From: an uncultured Planctomycetia bacterium
GTDB taxonomy: Bacteria; Planctomycetota; MHYJ01; WSZJ01
Length of the DNA stretch: 64,000 nucleotides
Assembly (NCBI GenBank): GCA_963706735.1
Contig: CAVPNQ010000096.1
Coordinates: 2,368 to 66,367, forward strand
Direction of reading: 5' to 3'
Positions 45,845 to 55,598 of this stretch are shown here, in pieces. How positions within the stretch are numbered: position 1 is the stretch's first letter; every line of letters begins with the position of its first letter. The notes below the pieces were generated by a model. The model did no database searches and was not told where the DNA came from. It was given only the letters and a program-made list of their open reading frames with translations. The position numbers and the translations under genes are program-made.

Positions 45845-46995
45845 AGCGCTTCGCCATCTTGCTGCTCGCGTTCGCGGTCGGGTGCGATAAGCCGGCCGTG
45901 AAGGTGCCGCTGCCGGTCGCGGCGTCGAAGACCGGGCGCGGGACGCCGCCGCCGGGCAAGGGGGAGATCCGGCCGGGGACGTTCATCCCGTGGGTCGAGC
46001 CGGGCCGTTCGGCGGACGACTGGATCCGCGACCTGCGCGACGGGGACGACCATGAACGGTGGCAGGCGCGGTTCAACCTGGCGCAGATGAAGGGCGAGGC
46101 GGTGCCGAAGCTCGTGGAGATGCTGCAGTCCGCGGACGCGAAGATCCGGGAGCTCGGTGCGTGGGGGCTGGCCGGAATGGGCCGCGAGGCCGTCGCCGCG
46201 CTCGGCCCGCTGGTCGCGGCATTGCGCGACCCGAACGAGCAGGTCGCGCAGCAGGCCGCGATGGTTTTTCCGCGGCTCGGTCCGGACGCCGCCTCGGCGG
46301 CGCCCGCGCTGGTCCGCGCGATCCTCGAGGGGCTCGTGGACACCAATCTGGGCCTCGCGACGACGCTCGTGCGCGTGTTCGGAACCGCAGGGGAGGACGC
46401 CCTGCTGGAGGCCCTTCGCGAGCCGAATCTCGAGCGGGTCCTGTGGCTCTACCGCAACCTCGACGGCAGCATGGTCGGCACCGAGGACTTCGCCGTGTGG
46501 CTCCTCGAGCGGGCGTTGCGCACCCACGCCGACGCGGCGGTGCGCCGTCGCGCCGTCGAGGTCCTCAGCCGCCTCGGACGCGATACCGCGCTCGCCGACG
46601 CCACCCTCATCCGCGCCCTTCTCGAGGACGCCGACCCCGCCGTCCGCGCAGCCTGCGCCCGTCTCCTCGGCCGGCTCTCCAGCGACGATGACGATCTGCG
46701 CGAAGCGGCGCTTCCCGCTCTGCGCGAAGCCGCGAAGGACCCCGATCCCGCCGTCTCCCGGGCAGCCACCACGGCCGCACGGCGCGCCGAACCCGCCGGA
46801 AACGTCCACTTCCAGAACGACGCGAGGCGCAAGGAAGAAGAAGCGGCGATCCTGGAGCGGCAGGGGAAACCGGAGGCGGCGGCGGCGATCTACCGGGAAC
46901 TGCTCGAGGAGCACGACGACGATCCGCATGCCCCGGCGTGGCGCCAGGCCCTCGAGAAGATCAGGACAGCCGCGGGCGGCGATGGCGAGAAGTAG
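45841..46995 (+). CDS. HEAT-repeat lipoprotein
   Basis: GTG at 45841 overlaps the previous stop. Lipobox LLAFAVGC, followed by HEAT repeats. Confidence 0.7.
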   Translation: MKRFAILLLAFAVGCDKPAVKVPLPVAASKTGRGTPPPGKGEIRPGTFIPWVEPGRSADDWIRDLRDGDDHERWQARFNLAQMKGEAVPKLVEMLQSADAKIRELGAWGLAGMGREAVAALGPLVAALRDPNEQVAQQAAMVFPRLGPDAASAAPALVRAILEGLVDTNLGLATTLVRVFGTAGEDALLEALREPNLERVLWLYRNLDGSMVGTEDFAVWLLERALRTHADAAVRRRAVEVLSRLGRDTALADATLIRALLEDADPAVRAACARLLGRLSSDDDDLREAALPALREAAKDPDPAVSRAATTAARRAEPAGNVHFQNDARRKEEEAAILERQGKPEAAAAIYRELLEEHDDDPHAPAWRQALEKIRTAAGGDGEK

Positions 46996-47204
46996 AGCCG
47001 GGCAAGGGTTCGCACGCTCATCGGATTTTCATCTCCCGCGCAATCTGGCCCGGGCCGCTGCGGAAATCCAGCCTGAGCAGGGCCGAATGAGCCGCCGCGC
47101 CGCTTCCGGAACGGCACCGCGATTGCGGCGAATCCATGGGCCTAACCGCAAGCCCGGACGGCTCGGGCCGACGCGTCGCACGCCAGCTGGCCAGGAGATG
47201 AACC

Positions 47205-47804
47205 ATGGACCCCTCTTTCGAACTGCCCGCTCTCCCTTCGCAGCAGGCCCCCGGCCGGCCGGCGCCTCCTCATCGCAGTGCCCTCTTCGTCCGCGCGCCC
47301 GGCGAAGTCCTCCCGGACATGCACGACACCGCCGTGATCTCAGGCGGCCTGGCCGCCGCGTTCTACAACTGCGGCAGCGACCGCCTGCAGCGCGGGGAGC
47401 TGGAAGCGGCGATCTCCGACTTCACGGAAGCGTTGCGCCTCGACCCGTCGCTGGCCCTTGCCTGGAACAACCGCGGAGTGGCGCGGGAAATCTCCGGCAA
47501 CCTCGACGGCGCGCTCCAGGACTACGAAACCGCGCTGCGCATCGACCCGATCCTCGCCTCGGCCTGGAACAACCGCGGCCTCATGAGTTACCGCGCCGGC
47601 CAGCTGCAGCAGGCACTTCACGACCTGGACCAGGCCGTCGCAATCGACCCGCTCTACATCAGCGCGCTGTACAACCGGGGGATCGCCCGGTGCCAGCGCG
47701 GCAACCTGGCCGGCGCCGCGAACGACTTCAAGCGCGTCCTGCGGATCAACCCCGAGCATGAGGAAGCGGCGATCGAGCTGGCGGCGCTGCAGGGGATTGC
47801 GTGA
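47205..47804 (+). CDS. TPR-repeat protein
   Basis: Four consecutive 34-aa TPR units (AxxDFTEALRLDPSLALAWNNRG...). Confidence 0.8.
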   Translation: MDPSFELPALPSQQAPGRPAPPHRSALFVRAPGEVLPDMHDTAVISGGLAAAFYNCGSDRLQRGELEAAISDFTEALRLDPSLALAWNNRGVAREISGNLDGALQDYETALRIDPILASAWNNRGLMSYRAGQLQQALHDLDQAVAIDPLYISALYNRGIARCQRGNLAGAANDFKRVLRINPEHEEAAIELAALQGIA

Positions 47805-47937
47805 GCGAATTGAGGCAAGCCCCGCTCCGACGCTCGTTCGCGCCGCACCGGAACCCTTCGACTCGCCCTTCGGGCTCGCTCAGGGTAAGCCGGGCCGTGC
47901 GGAGGCTGGGAATGAGAAACCTGGTCCTCGGCCCGGC

Positions 47938-49137
47938 TCAACGCGTCAGTTCCCGGGCGATGACGAGGCGCTGGATTTCGCTCGTGCCTTCGTAGATGCG
48001 AAGGGCGCGGACGTCGCGGTAGAGGCGCTCGACGACGGATCCTTTCGTCACTCCCAGTCCGCCGTGCAACTGAACCGCGCGGTCGATGACGGCGTGCGCG
48101 TGGTCCGTCGCAAACAGCTTGGACATCGCTGCGGCGATCTTGAGCCCGGCGCCGCCGCGGTCGGCCTCCCAGGCCGCGCGGGCCACCAGGAGCTCGCCGG
48201 CCGCGAGCTCGGTCGCCATGTCGGCGAGCATGAACTGCACGCCCTGGAACCCGGCCAGCGGTTTCCCGAACTGCTTGCGCGCCTTCGTGCGGTCCGTGGA
48301 CTCCTCCAGCGCCCGCCGCGCCATCCCGCACGCCGCCGCGCCGACGGTGGGCCGGAAGCGGTCCAGCGTCGCAAATGCGATCCGCAGGCCGTCCCCCTCG
48401 GCGCCCAGCCGCTCCGATTCCTTCACGTCCACGCTGTCGAAGATCAGCCGCCCGATCGGGTGCGGCGAAATCACCTCAATCGGCCTCGACTTCAACCTCG
48501 GCGCCCCGCCCTTCACCACGAACGCGCTGAACGCGTCCTTGTCCCCGGGCGCCGTCCGCGCGAAAACGACCGTGACCTCCGCAATCCCCGCGTTCGAGAT
48601 GAACGTCTTCTCCCCGTCCAGCCGGTAGAAATCGTCCACCCGCTTCGCCTTGAGCTGCATCCCCGCCGGGTCGCTTCCCGCCTCGTCTTCCGTCAGCGCG
48701 AACGCCGCGATCGCCCCTTCCTCGATCCGCGTCAGCCACGTCTTCCTCTGCGCCTCGCTCCCGCCCACCAGGATCGGGATCGCCCCCAGCCCCTGCATCG
48801 CGAACATCGCGTCCGCCAGCGCCGACGCCCGCGCCAGGTGGTACCGGATGATCGAGCACGCCCGGATCTCCCCGCGCACCGCGTGCCCGAGCCACCGCCC
48901 GTTCGCCAGCCGCAGCACGTACTCCCGCGCGTTGTCCTCCGTCGCCACCTCGTCCGTCCCCGCCAGCGGCGCAATCTCCCGCTTCACGAATTCCTCGATC
49001 GCCCCCGCCACCTGCCGGTGGCCTTCGTCGAAGAACGGAAGCGCATCCCACGGGCCGCCCGCAGGTTTGTAGGCCGGCAGCGGGTCGGGCGGCGGCTTGA
49101 AGGACTGCGTGCGGTAGGGCTGGTTCTTGCCGCTCAT
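47938..49137 (-). CDS. acyl-CoA dehydrogenase
   Basis: ATG at 49137 (399 aa). C-terminal YEGTSEIQRLVIAREL and the internal FALTEDEAGSDPAGM motif. Confidence 0.9.
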   Translation of the reverse strand: MSGKNQPYRTQSFKPPPDPLPAYKPAGGPWDALPFFDEGHRQVAGAIEEFVKREIAPLAGTDEVATEDNAREYVLRLANGRWLGHAVRGEIRACSIIRYHLARASALADAMFAMQGLGAIPILVGGSEAQRKTWLTRIEEGAIAAFALTEDEAGSDPAGMQLKAKRVDDFYRLDGEKTFISNAGIAEVTVVFARTAPGDKDAFSAFVVKGGAPRLKSRPIEVISPHPIGRLIFDSVDVKESERLGAEGDGLRIAFATLDRFRPTVGAAACGMARRALEESTDRTKARKQFGKPLAGFQGVQFMLADMATELAAGELLVARAAWEADRGGAGLKIAAAMSKLFATDHAHAVIDRAVQLHGGLGVTKGSVVERLYRDVRALRIYEGTSEIQRLVIARELTR

Positions 49138-49922
49138 TTGAAGCGCGGCTCCTTCTTCGCCTTGACGGCCTCGTAGGCGGCCTTGAAGTCGGGGTGCAGC
49201 ATGCAGAGGGCCTGCGCCTGGGCCTCGGCCTCGAGGGCCTGTGACAGGGAAGCGCCGAGCTGTTTGTTGAGGAGCGTCTTCGTCATCGCGAGCCCGAACG
49301 CGGGACCCGCCGCGAGCTTCGCGGCGACCTCCGATGTTTTCTTTTCGAGATCGGCCGCCGGGACGATCGCGTTGAGGAAACCGATCCGAAGCGCTTCGTC
49401 CGCAGGGAAGACGTCGCCCGTCATGAGCAGTTCGGTCGCCTTCGTCCAGCCGACGATCCGCGGCAGCAGGAACGTCGCCCCCATGTCGGCCCCGCTGATC
49501 CCGACCTTCGTGAACACGAACCCGAACTTCGCCTCGGGAACCGCGTACCGGAAATCGCTCGCCATCGCCACGATCGCGCCTGCGCCGACGCACGCCCCGT
49601 TGATCGCCGCGACGATCGGCTTCGGGCACGCGCGCATCGCCTCGACCAGGTCGCACGTCATCCGCGCGAACCTGTACACGTCCTCCGCGTCCCGCCCGAA
49701 CAGCTGCGAGATGATCTCTTCCCGGTCCCCGCCGCTGCAGAACCCCTTGCCCGACCCCGTGATCGTCACCGCGCGCACTTCGCCCACCGTCCCGAGGTGC
49801 CGGAACAGGTCGCGCAGCTCCCCGTACACTTCGAACGTCAGCGAATTCAGCGTCGCCGGCCGGTCGAGCACGATCCGGCCGACGCCGTTCGCCGCGGAAT
49901 ACCTGAACGATTTCGGCGTCAT
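49134..49922 (-). CDS. enoyl-CoA hydratase/isomerase (crotonase family)
   Basis: ATG at 49922. The translation GRIVLDRPATLNSL...GKGFCSGGD...ACVGAGAIVAMASD is typical crotonase. Confidence 0.9.
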   Translation of the reverse strand: MTPKSFRYSAANGVGRIVLDRPATLNSLTFEVYGELRDLFRHLGTVGEVRAVTITGSGKGFCSGGDREEIISQLFGRDAEDVYRFARMTCDLVEAMRACPKPIVAAINGACVGAGAIVAMASDFRYAVPEAKFGFVFTKVGISGADMGATFLLPRIVGWTKATELLMTGDVFPADEALRIGFLNAIVPAADLEKKTSEVAAKLAAGPAFGLAMTKTLLNKQLGASLSQALEAEAQAQALCMLHPDFKAAYEAVKAKKEPRFK

Positions 49923-50338
49923 CCCCGCCCCCCGACCGGCAGGTACGCCGTCCCCTTGATCTCCACCATCGCCCCGTCCTCCACCAGCCCCGCCACCACG
50001 ACGCACGCCATCGCGGGATAGTTCCTCCCCATCACCGGCTTCCACACCTCGCCCAGCTTCTTCAGGCTGTCGTTGTACGCCTGCTTGTCCGTGATGAAGA
50101 TCGTCATCTCCGCGACGTTCTCCGGCCCGCCGCCCGCGTGCTTCACCACGTCCATGAAGTTGCGAAGCGCCTGGTCGAACTGCCCGACGAAGTCCTTCGA
50201 GACGATCCGCTTGGCGTGGTCCCACGCGACCTGCCCCGAGATTTCGAGGGCGCGTGCATTCGGCGGGGCCTGCATGCCGTTGTTGTAGCCGGACGGCTTG
50301 CCCAGCGTGGCCGGGTTGACGGCGGTGAGGAAGCTCAT
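49919..50338 (-). CDS. RidA/YjgF/L-PSP family protein
   Basis: ATG at 50338 (139 aa). Typical ISGQVAW...MTIFITD...PAMACVVVAGLVEDGAMVEIKGTA. Confidence 0.8.
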   Translation of the reverse strand: MSFLTAVNPATLGKPSGYNNGMQAPPNARALEISGQVAWDHAKRIVSKDFVGQFDQALRNFMDVVKHAGGGPENVAEMTIFITDKQAYNDSLKKLGEVWKPVMGRNYPAMACVVVAGLVEDGAMVEIKGTAYLPVGGRG

Positions 50339-50393
50339 GGGGGGATTGTAGGGAGTGAAGCGGGGAGTGGTGAGTGTTGAGTATTGAGAAACT

Positions 50394-51014
50394 CTACTCA
50401 GGCAGGTGGACCTGCTTCTTGCCATCCACGGTCCGGATGACCGGACGGGTGGTCGCAATCGTGGCCGCCCGCCGGGCGGCGAGCAGATCCGGGATGCGTG
50501 TCCACGGCAGAAGGGCCTCCAGGTTCTTGATCGTCGGGAAGACCATCGGCAATTCGCCCCGGCGGTGGCCTTCGAGCGCCTGCTGCGGCGTGGCCCAGCG
50601 CAGCTCGATTCCCTCGATGCGGTCCGGCTGCGGGTCCTGCCCGGGCGGCAATTCTGCGACGAAGAAGAAAGTGTCGAAGCGCTTCGGAACTCCCTCCGGC
50701 GTCACCCACCGCGCCGTCCAGACGAGCGACGCCGGCTCGACGCGGACCTGCGCTTCCTCGTACAGCTCGCGCACGGCGCAATTCCGCGCGGTCGCGATTT
50801 CGTCCGCGCCCCGGTCCGCCGCTTCCACGATCCCGCCCGGGAAGACCCAGTTCCCGGGCACGAACGACGCCCGCTCGGCGCGCCGCTGCAGCAGGACCTC
50901 GAACGGCTCGCCGCGCAGCACGATCACGCTCGCGGACGGCACGATCGGCGCATCGGCCGGGCCCGTGCCGGCGCCGCGCGGAAGCTGGTCGTCGCGGACG
51001 TCGTGCGTGCTCAT
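50394..51014 (-). CDS. NUDIX hydrolase
   Basis: ATG at 51014. Nudix box GGIVEAADRGADEIATARNCAVRELYEEAQV. Confidence 0.8.
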   Translation of the reverse strand: MSTHDVRDDQLPRGAGTGPADAPIVPSASVIVLRGEPFEVLLQRRAERASFVPGNWVFPGGIVEAADRGADEIATARNCAVRELYEEAQVRVEPASLVWTARWVTPEGVPKRFDTFFFVAELPPGQDPQPDRIEGIELRWATPQQALEGHRRGELPMVFPTIKNLEALLPWTRIPDLLAARRAATIATTRPVIRTVDGKKQVHLPE

Positions 51015-51033
51015 CTCCGCAGCCCGCCCCGCT

Positions 51034-51822
51034 TCAACACGCCATCTCCCCGCCGCACACCGCGATCGCCTGGCCGTTGATCCCCCGGGCCCCCGGCGAA
51101 CACAGGTACGCCACCGTCTCCGCAATCTCCTCCGGCGAAAACAGCCGGTGCTGCGGGCTTATCGCCTCGATCTCGTTGCGGATGCTCTCCGCGGGCCGCT
51201 TCGTCTTCTGGCTCATGATCTCGATGTTCACCGCCGTCATCTGGCTGTCCACGTACCCGGGGCACACCGCGTTCACCGTGATCTTCTTCCCGGCCAGCTC
51301 CACCGCCAGCGCCCGCGTGAACCCCACCAGCCCGTGCTTCGCCGCGCAGTACGCCGCGATGTACGGATATCCCTTCAGCCCCGCCATCGACGCCACGTTC
51401 ACGATCCGCCCGTGGCCGGCCGCGAGGAGGTGGGGAAGCGCCAGCTGCGTGACCGTGAAGGCGCTCGTGAGGTCGAGCGCGAGCATCTCGTCCCAGAGCG
51501 AGCGCGTCGTCTTCGCGAAGGGCGCGCTCTTCCCGGTTCCCGCGTTGTTGACGACGATCGTCAGGCCGCCGGCGGCGGAAGCGAGGTCGCGGACGACGCG
51601 CTCGATGTCCTCCTGCACGGTCACGTCCCCGGGGAGCTCGATCGCTTCGCCCCCCGCCGCGCGGACTTCCGCCGCCGCTTCACCGAGCTCCGAGGGCGTC
51701 CGCGACATGAGCCCGACCTTGGCGCCAGCGGCTGAGAGGCGGAGGGCGACTGCGCGGCCGATGCCGCGTCCCGCGCCCGTGATGAGCGCGACTTCGCCGG
51801 TCAGGTTGCTTTGGGAGGGCAT
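51034..51822 (-). CDS. short-chain dehydrogenase/reductase (3-oxoacyl-ACP/CoA reductase-like)
   Basis: ATG at 51822. TGAGRGIGRA, NNAG and the YxxxK site (YIAAYCAAKHG). Confidence 0.9.
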   Translation of the reverse strand: MPSQSNLTGEVALITGAGRGIGRAVALRLSAAGAKVGLMSRTPSELGEAAAEVRAAGGEAIELPGDVTVQEDIERVVRDLASAAGGLTIVVNNAGTGKSAPFAKTTRSLWDEMLALDLTSAFTVTQLALPHLLAAGHGRIVNVASMAGLKGYPYIAAYCAAKHGLVGFTRALAVELAGKKITVNAVCPGYVDSQMTAVNIEIMSQKTKRPAESIRNEIEAISPQHRLFSPEEIAETVAYLCSPGARGINGQAIAVCGGEMAC

Positions 51823-51836
51823 GGGTTCGGCCGGCC

Positions 51837-52577
51837 TTACCCCATCTCGGACTTGATCGCCTCGAGCCAGATCTCGACGAGCGTCTGCCACAGGATTTCC
51901 CCGTGTTCCGGCGACGACACCGCCGGCTCGCCGAAGTACGCGTCGTTCGCGCCCATCGCCCCGAACGTCGTCACGCCCTGCTTCATCTGTTTCACGAGGC
52001 CGAGCTTGATGGGGGGAAGGGTCTTCATCTTGTCCTTCTTCACCAGGTCGCGGGACTTGCTGGCGAGAAGAAGGGAGGTCTCGTAGCAGCCGGCGTGGCA
52101 GTCGCCGCTCTGGAATTCCGGCGACAGGCGCTGCGCGAGCGGCTTGCGGCAATGGTTCGTGAAGATGACGTGCGGCCGTTCGAGGAAGTCCTGCGCGACT
52201 TCTTCCAGGACGCGGATGTGGGCGGGTTCGAGGTGCGAGTTGATCAGCGCGACGTTTTCGATCCCGTGCCGGCCGAGCGACCGGAAGATATCCGAGAGCA
52301 GTTCCTTGGCGGTGTTGGGCGAGAGCGAGATCGTCCCCGCGAATTCCGCCGCGTAGTTCGTCACGGCGTAGTTCACCGGCGGGAGGATCACGACCGGTTT
52401 CGGCGCCAGCGCCTTCGAAAGGCGCTCGCACAGCTCGATGGAGAGCAGGACGTCCGTGTAGAGCGGGAGGTGCGGACCGTGGGCTTCCACCGCCCCGATG
52501 GGAAGGAGGGCGAGGGGCTTCTTATGGAAGAGGTCGTCGGCTTCCCGCCATGTCAGGTCTGTCAGCGAAAGGGACAT
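51837..52577 (-). CDS. creatininase-family amidohydrolase
   Basis: LPIGAVEAHGPHLPLYTD and the later His/Glu metal ligands are typical of the creatininase/MftE/ArfB family. Confidence 0.75.
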   Translation of the reverse strand: MSLSLTDLTWREADDLFHKKPLALLPIGAVEAHGPHLPLYTDVLLSIELCERLSKALAPKPVVILPPVNYAVTNYAAEFAGTISLSPNTAKELLSDIFRSLGRHGIENVALINSHLEPAHIRVLEEVAQDFLERPHVIFTNHCRKPLAQRLSPEFQSGDCHAGCYETSLLLASKSRDLVKKDKMKTLPPIKLGLVKQMKQGVTTFGAMGANDAYFGEPAVSSPEHGEILWQTLVEIWLEAIKSEMG

Positions 52578-52618
52578 TGGCGCGGATAATACGGGAGGTG
52601 GGCGGAAAGCAAAAGATT

Positions 52619-52712
52619 TGGTTTTGGTTTGGGGTTGGGGTTCCGGACGTTGAGTTCGGCGTTCGGAGTTCTGGGTTCGGGGTTTGGTTGGGGTTGGGGG
52701 TTCGGGGTTTAG
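52619..52712 (-). repeat. C/A-rich intergenic element, copy 2 (same orientation relative to its downstream gene as copy 1)
   Basis: The reverse complement reads ...acccccaaccccaaccaaaccccgaacccagaactccgaacgccgaactcaacgtccggaacccc... It lies about 40 nt upstream of the creatininase-family start at 52577 (minus strand). Confidence 0.8.
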
Positions 52713-52811
52713 GCGTTATCGGGGGCTGGATATGGCGTAGACGACCTTCGCGCCGCCGACCAGGCCGTCCACTGCGCCGTTCCTCGCAACCCGCAACCCG
52801 AAACTCGCAAC

Positions 52812-54356
52812 TCAGCCGTTGGTCAGCTTCTTCCTCTCGATCTTCCCCCGGTCGTTCCTCGGTAACGCTTCCATCCACTCGACGAACCGCGGCGCCTTGT
52901 ACCGCGCAAGCTTCGCTTTCACATGCTCGACGAGCGCGTTCTTCAGCGCCTCGTCGCGCTTCTGACCATCGTTGGGCACCACGAACGCCTTCGGCAGCAC
53001 CAGGCCGTTCTCGTCCTTCACGCCGATCACGCAGCACTCCTTTACCGCCGGGTGCTGAAGGAGGCAGTTCTCGACCTCGAGCGGGCTCACCCAGATGCCG
53101 CCGATCTTGAGCATGTCGTCGGCGCGCCCCTCGTACCAGTAGTAGCCGTCCGGGTCGCGGCGGAACTGGTCGCCCGTGCAGTACCAGTCGCCGTGAAGCA
53201 GCTGCCTCGTCCGCGCGTCGTCCTGCCAGAACCCTGTCATCGCGCTGTCGCCATTGATCCACAGCGTCCCGATCTCCCCGTCCGGCACCACGTCGCCGTT
53301 CGGGCCGCACACCTTCGCGCGGTACCCCGGCACCAGCTGGCCGAGACTGCCGGGCCGCACCTTGCCGATCTGGCCGCTGATGTAGATGTGGAACATCTCC
53401 GCGCTCCCGATCCCGTCCAGGATGTCCACCTTGAACCGCTTCAGCCAGCGGTCGTACAGCTCGCCGGGAAGCGCCTCGCCGGCGGAGACGGTGATGCGGA
53501 GGCAGGAGAGGTCGGCGTCCTTGCCCGCCGGGTCCTCGAGCATCTTGTTGATCGTGGTGGGGACGTTGGTGAGGACGGTGGGGCGGTACTTCGCGATGAG
53601 CGAAAACAAAACATCGGAGGTCGCGCGCTCCTCGAAGAGCACCGTCGAGCCGCCGACCGCGAAGGGGAACCAGAGGTTGGTGCCGGTGGCGTAGCCGAAG
53701 AAGAGCTTGGGGACGCCGATGGTCCGGTCCGACTCGGTCATCTGCAGGATGCCCTTCGCGTAGCGCTCGGTGTTCCAGGCGAAGTCGTGCTGGAGGTGCA
53801 TGCACGCCTTGGGTTTCCCGGTCGATCCGCTCGTGAACAGCCAGACCGCCGGGTCGTCCTTGTGCGTCGGCGCGTTCTCGCAGTGCGCCGGCTGGGCCGC
53901 GCAGGTCTTCTCGTAGGAGAGGAACGGCCCCGGGTCGCCGCCTACGACGAGCAGGTTCTTCGCGTACTGGAGCTGCGGCCGCAGCTTTGCCAGCCCTTCC
54001 ACGAGTGAGTGGTGCACGACCGCCGTCACCGCCCTCGTGTAATTGAAGTAGTAGACGAAGTCCTCGACCGGGAGGAGCGGGTTCGCCATCGCGAGCACCG
54101 CGCCGGCTTTGTGGACGCCGAACAGCGCCGTCACGAACGCGGGGCAGTCCGGGAGGATGATGAGAACGCGGTCTTCCTGCCGGACGCCGAGGGAGCGAAG
54201 TGCGCCCGCGGCGCGGCAGGCGCCTTCCTGGATTTGGCGGTACGTCCACTTCTCGTCCCGGTAGTACACCGCGACCTTGTCCGCGCGGCCGTCGCGGATG
54301 TTGTGGTCGAGGAAGTAGTCGGAGAGGTTGAACTGGTCCGGGATGGGGTCGAGCAT
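52812..54356 (-). CDS. aryl/benzoate-CoA ligase family AMP-dependent synthetase
   Basis: ATG at 54356 (514 aa). AMP motif WLFTSGSTGKPKACMH, YGxTE variant GYATGTN, GDWYCTGD, and a C-terminal PRNDRGKIERKKL. Confidence 0.85.
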   Translation of the reverse strand: MLDPIPDQFNLSDYFLDHNIRDGRADKVAVYYRDEKWTYRQIQEGACRAAGALRSLGVRQEDRVLIILPDCPAFVTALFGVHKAGAVLAMANPLLPVEDFVYYFNYTRAVTAVVHHSLVEGLAKLRPQLQYAKNLLVVGGDPGPFLSYEKTCAAQPAHCENAPTHKDDPAVWLFTSGSTGKPKACMHLQHDFAWNTERYAKGILQMTESDRTIGVPKLFFGYATGTNLWFPFAVGGSTVLFEERATSDVLFSLIAKYRPTVLTNVPTTINKMLEDPAGKDADLSCLRITVSAGEALPGELYDRWLKRFKVDILDGIGSAEMFHIYISGQIGKVRPGSLGQLVPGYRAKVCGPNGDVVPDGEIGTLWINGDSAMTGFWQDDARTRQLLHGDWYCTGDQFRRDPDGYYWYEGRADDMLKIGGIWVSPLEVENCLLQHPAVKECCVIGVKDENGLVLPKAFVVPNDGQKRDEALKNALVEHVKAKLARYKAPRFVEWMEALPRNDRGKIERKKLTNG

Positions 54357-54364
54357 GGCCCGGC

Positions 54365-54967
54365 TTAGTCCTCCGCCTTCTGCACGTCGTGCCTGTCGAA
54401 CCCCGCATTCACGGGCAGCGCCGGGCAGACGATCCTCCAGCGGCGCGGGTCGCGGAAATCGCCGAGCTCGCAGAACCGGATGATCCGCGCGTCCGCTCCG
54501 AGGTGCGCCTTGATCAGCGCCAGCCCGGCGAATTCGTTCGGCGTCACCGTCTCGTTCTTCTGCTTGATCGACAGGTAGATCAGCTTCCGCGGCGTCTCTT
54601 TCCAGATCACCAGGTCCGGCGCCTTCGCGAAGTTCTCGACGTTCGGGCCGACCTTCTTGCGGAACTCCTCGAGCGGCGCGCCGACGAACGCCTCCATCGC
54701 GGCCGATCCCCGCTCGACCCACGGCTTGCGATTCTCGGACTTCTTCCACAGCTCGAACCACAGCGCCGAAAGCGACTGCCATCCGCCGCAACGGTAGTGG
54801 TGAACCGCCGTCATCTCGAGAAAGTACGACCGCGACGACTTCGCGAACTTCGGGTCGTCACGGAATTCCTCCGGCACCAGCCACTTGTCCCCGCTGACCC
54901 ACTTCTCCTGGTCCGCCGGGTCGAACGTCAGTACCTCTTCACGGATCTCCACCACCGGTCGCGTCAC
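54365..54967 (-). CDS. hypothetical protein, translationally coupled between thioesterase and CoA ligase (weak VRR-NUC/PD-(D/E)XK-like motif)
   Basis: GTG at 54967 overlaps the thioesterase TGA (GTGA). The segment APDLVIWKETPRKLIYLSIKQKNETVTPNEFAGLALIK resembles the G-x-PD...E-V-K...Q pattern, but with Ser in place of Glu. Confidence 0.45.
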   Translation of the reverse strand: MTRPVVEIREEVLTFDPADQEKWVSGDKWLVPEEFRDDPKFAKSSRSYFLEMTAVHHYRCGGWQSLSALWFELWKKSENRKPWVERGSAAMEAFVGAPLEEFRKKVGPNVENFAKAPDLVIWKETPRKLIYLSIKQKNETVTPNEFAGLALIKAHLGADARIIRFCELGDFRDPRRWRIVCPALPVNAGFDRHDVQKAED

Positions 54968-55416
54968 TTTTTGCCTCCGCCCGCAAGGGCTCTCACCTGC
55001 TCCAGGGCTGTCCGGTACTTGGCCGGCAGCTCGATGCTCTTCCACTGTTCGGGGTCCACCGCCACGGTCGTCTGGGTGCAGCGCGCGGCCACGCGGCCCT
55101 TGTTGAGGACCTCGTAGCCGAAGATCACTTTGCTGCGCCCGATCTCCACGACGCGCATGGCGATTTCGACCTCGTCGCCGAATTCCTGGGGAGCCAGGAA
55201 GTCGGCGTCAAGGTGGACGGTCGGAAAACCGATCTTGTCGTGCTTCAGCATCACGGCGTACGGAATGTCCAGGACCTCCTTGAAGAAGTCCTCCATGGCG
55301 ATGTGGCAGAAGTGGAACTGGCGGGGGAAGTAAAGGATGCGGGCAAAATCGACGTCGGCGAAGCGGATGGAGATGGTTTTGGTGAAAACGCCGTTGGGCG
55401 CGCGGGAGGGGGGCAT
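54964..55416 (-). CDS. acyl-CoA thioesterase (4HBT/YbgC hotdog fold)
   Basis: 150 aa. The sequence IRFADVDFARILYFPRQFHFCHIAMEDFF...GDEVEIAMRVVEIGRSKVIF is typical of the 4-hydroxybenzoyl-CoA thioesterase family. Confidence 0.8.
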   Translation of the reverse strand: MPPSRAPNGVFTKTISIRFADVDFARILYFPRQFHFCHIAMEDFFKEVLDIPYAVMLKHDKIGFPTVHLDADFLAPQEFGDEVEIAMRVVEIGRSKVIFGYEVLNKGRVAARCTQTTVAVDPEQWKSIELPAKYRTALEQVRALAGGGKK

Positions 55417-55598
55417 GGGGGAGGGGCTAGGATAGGGTGGAGGCGTGGAGGTCAGAAGAGATTTCCGTCGTGGGGGGAGGGAAGGGGGGGCGTCAGGCTC
55501 AAGTAAATTTTCTTAATGTTTGGCTGAATCCTGCGTATCACTTGCTAGAATTCCTTCTGCTGTCGCGCAGGGGACCCCATCTTTCGAGGCATCGAGCC

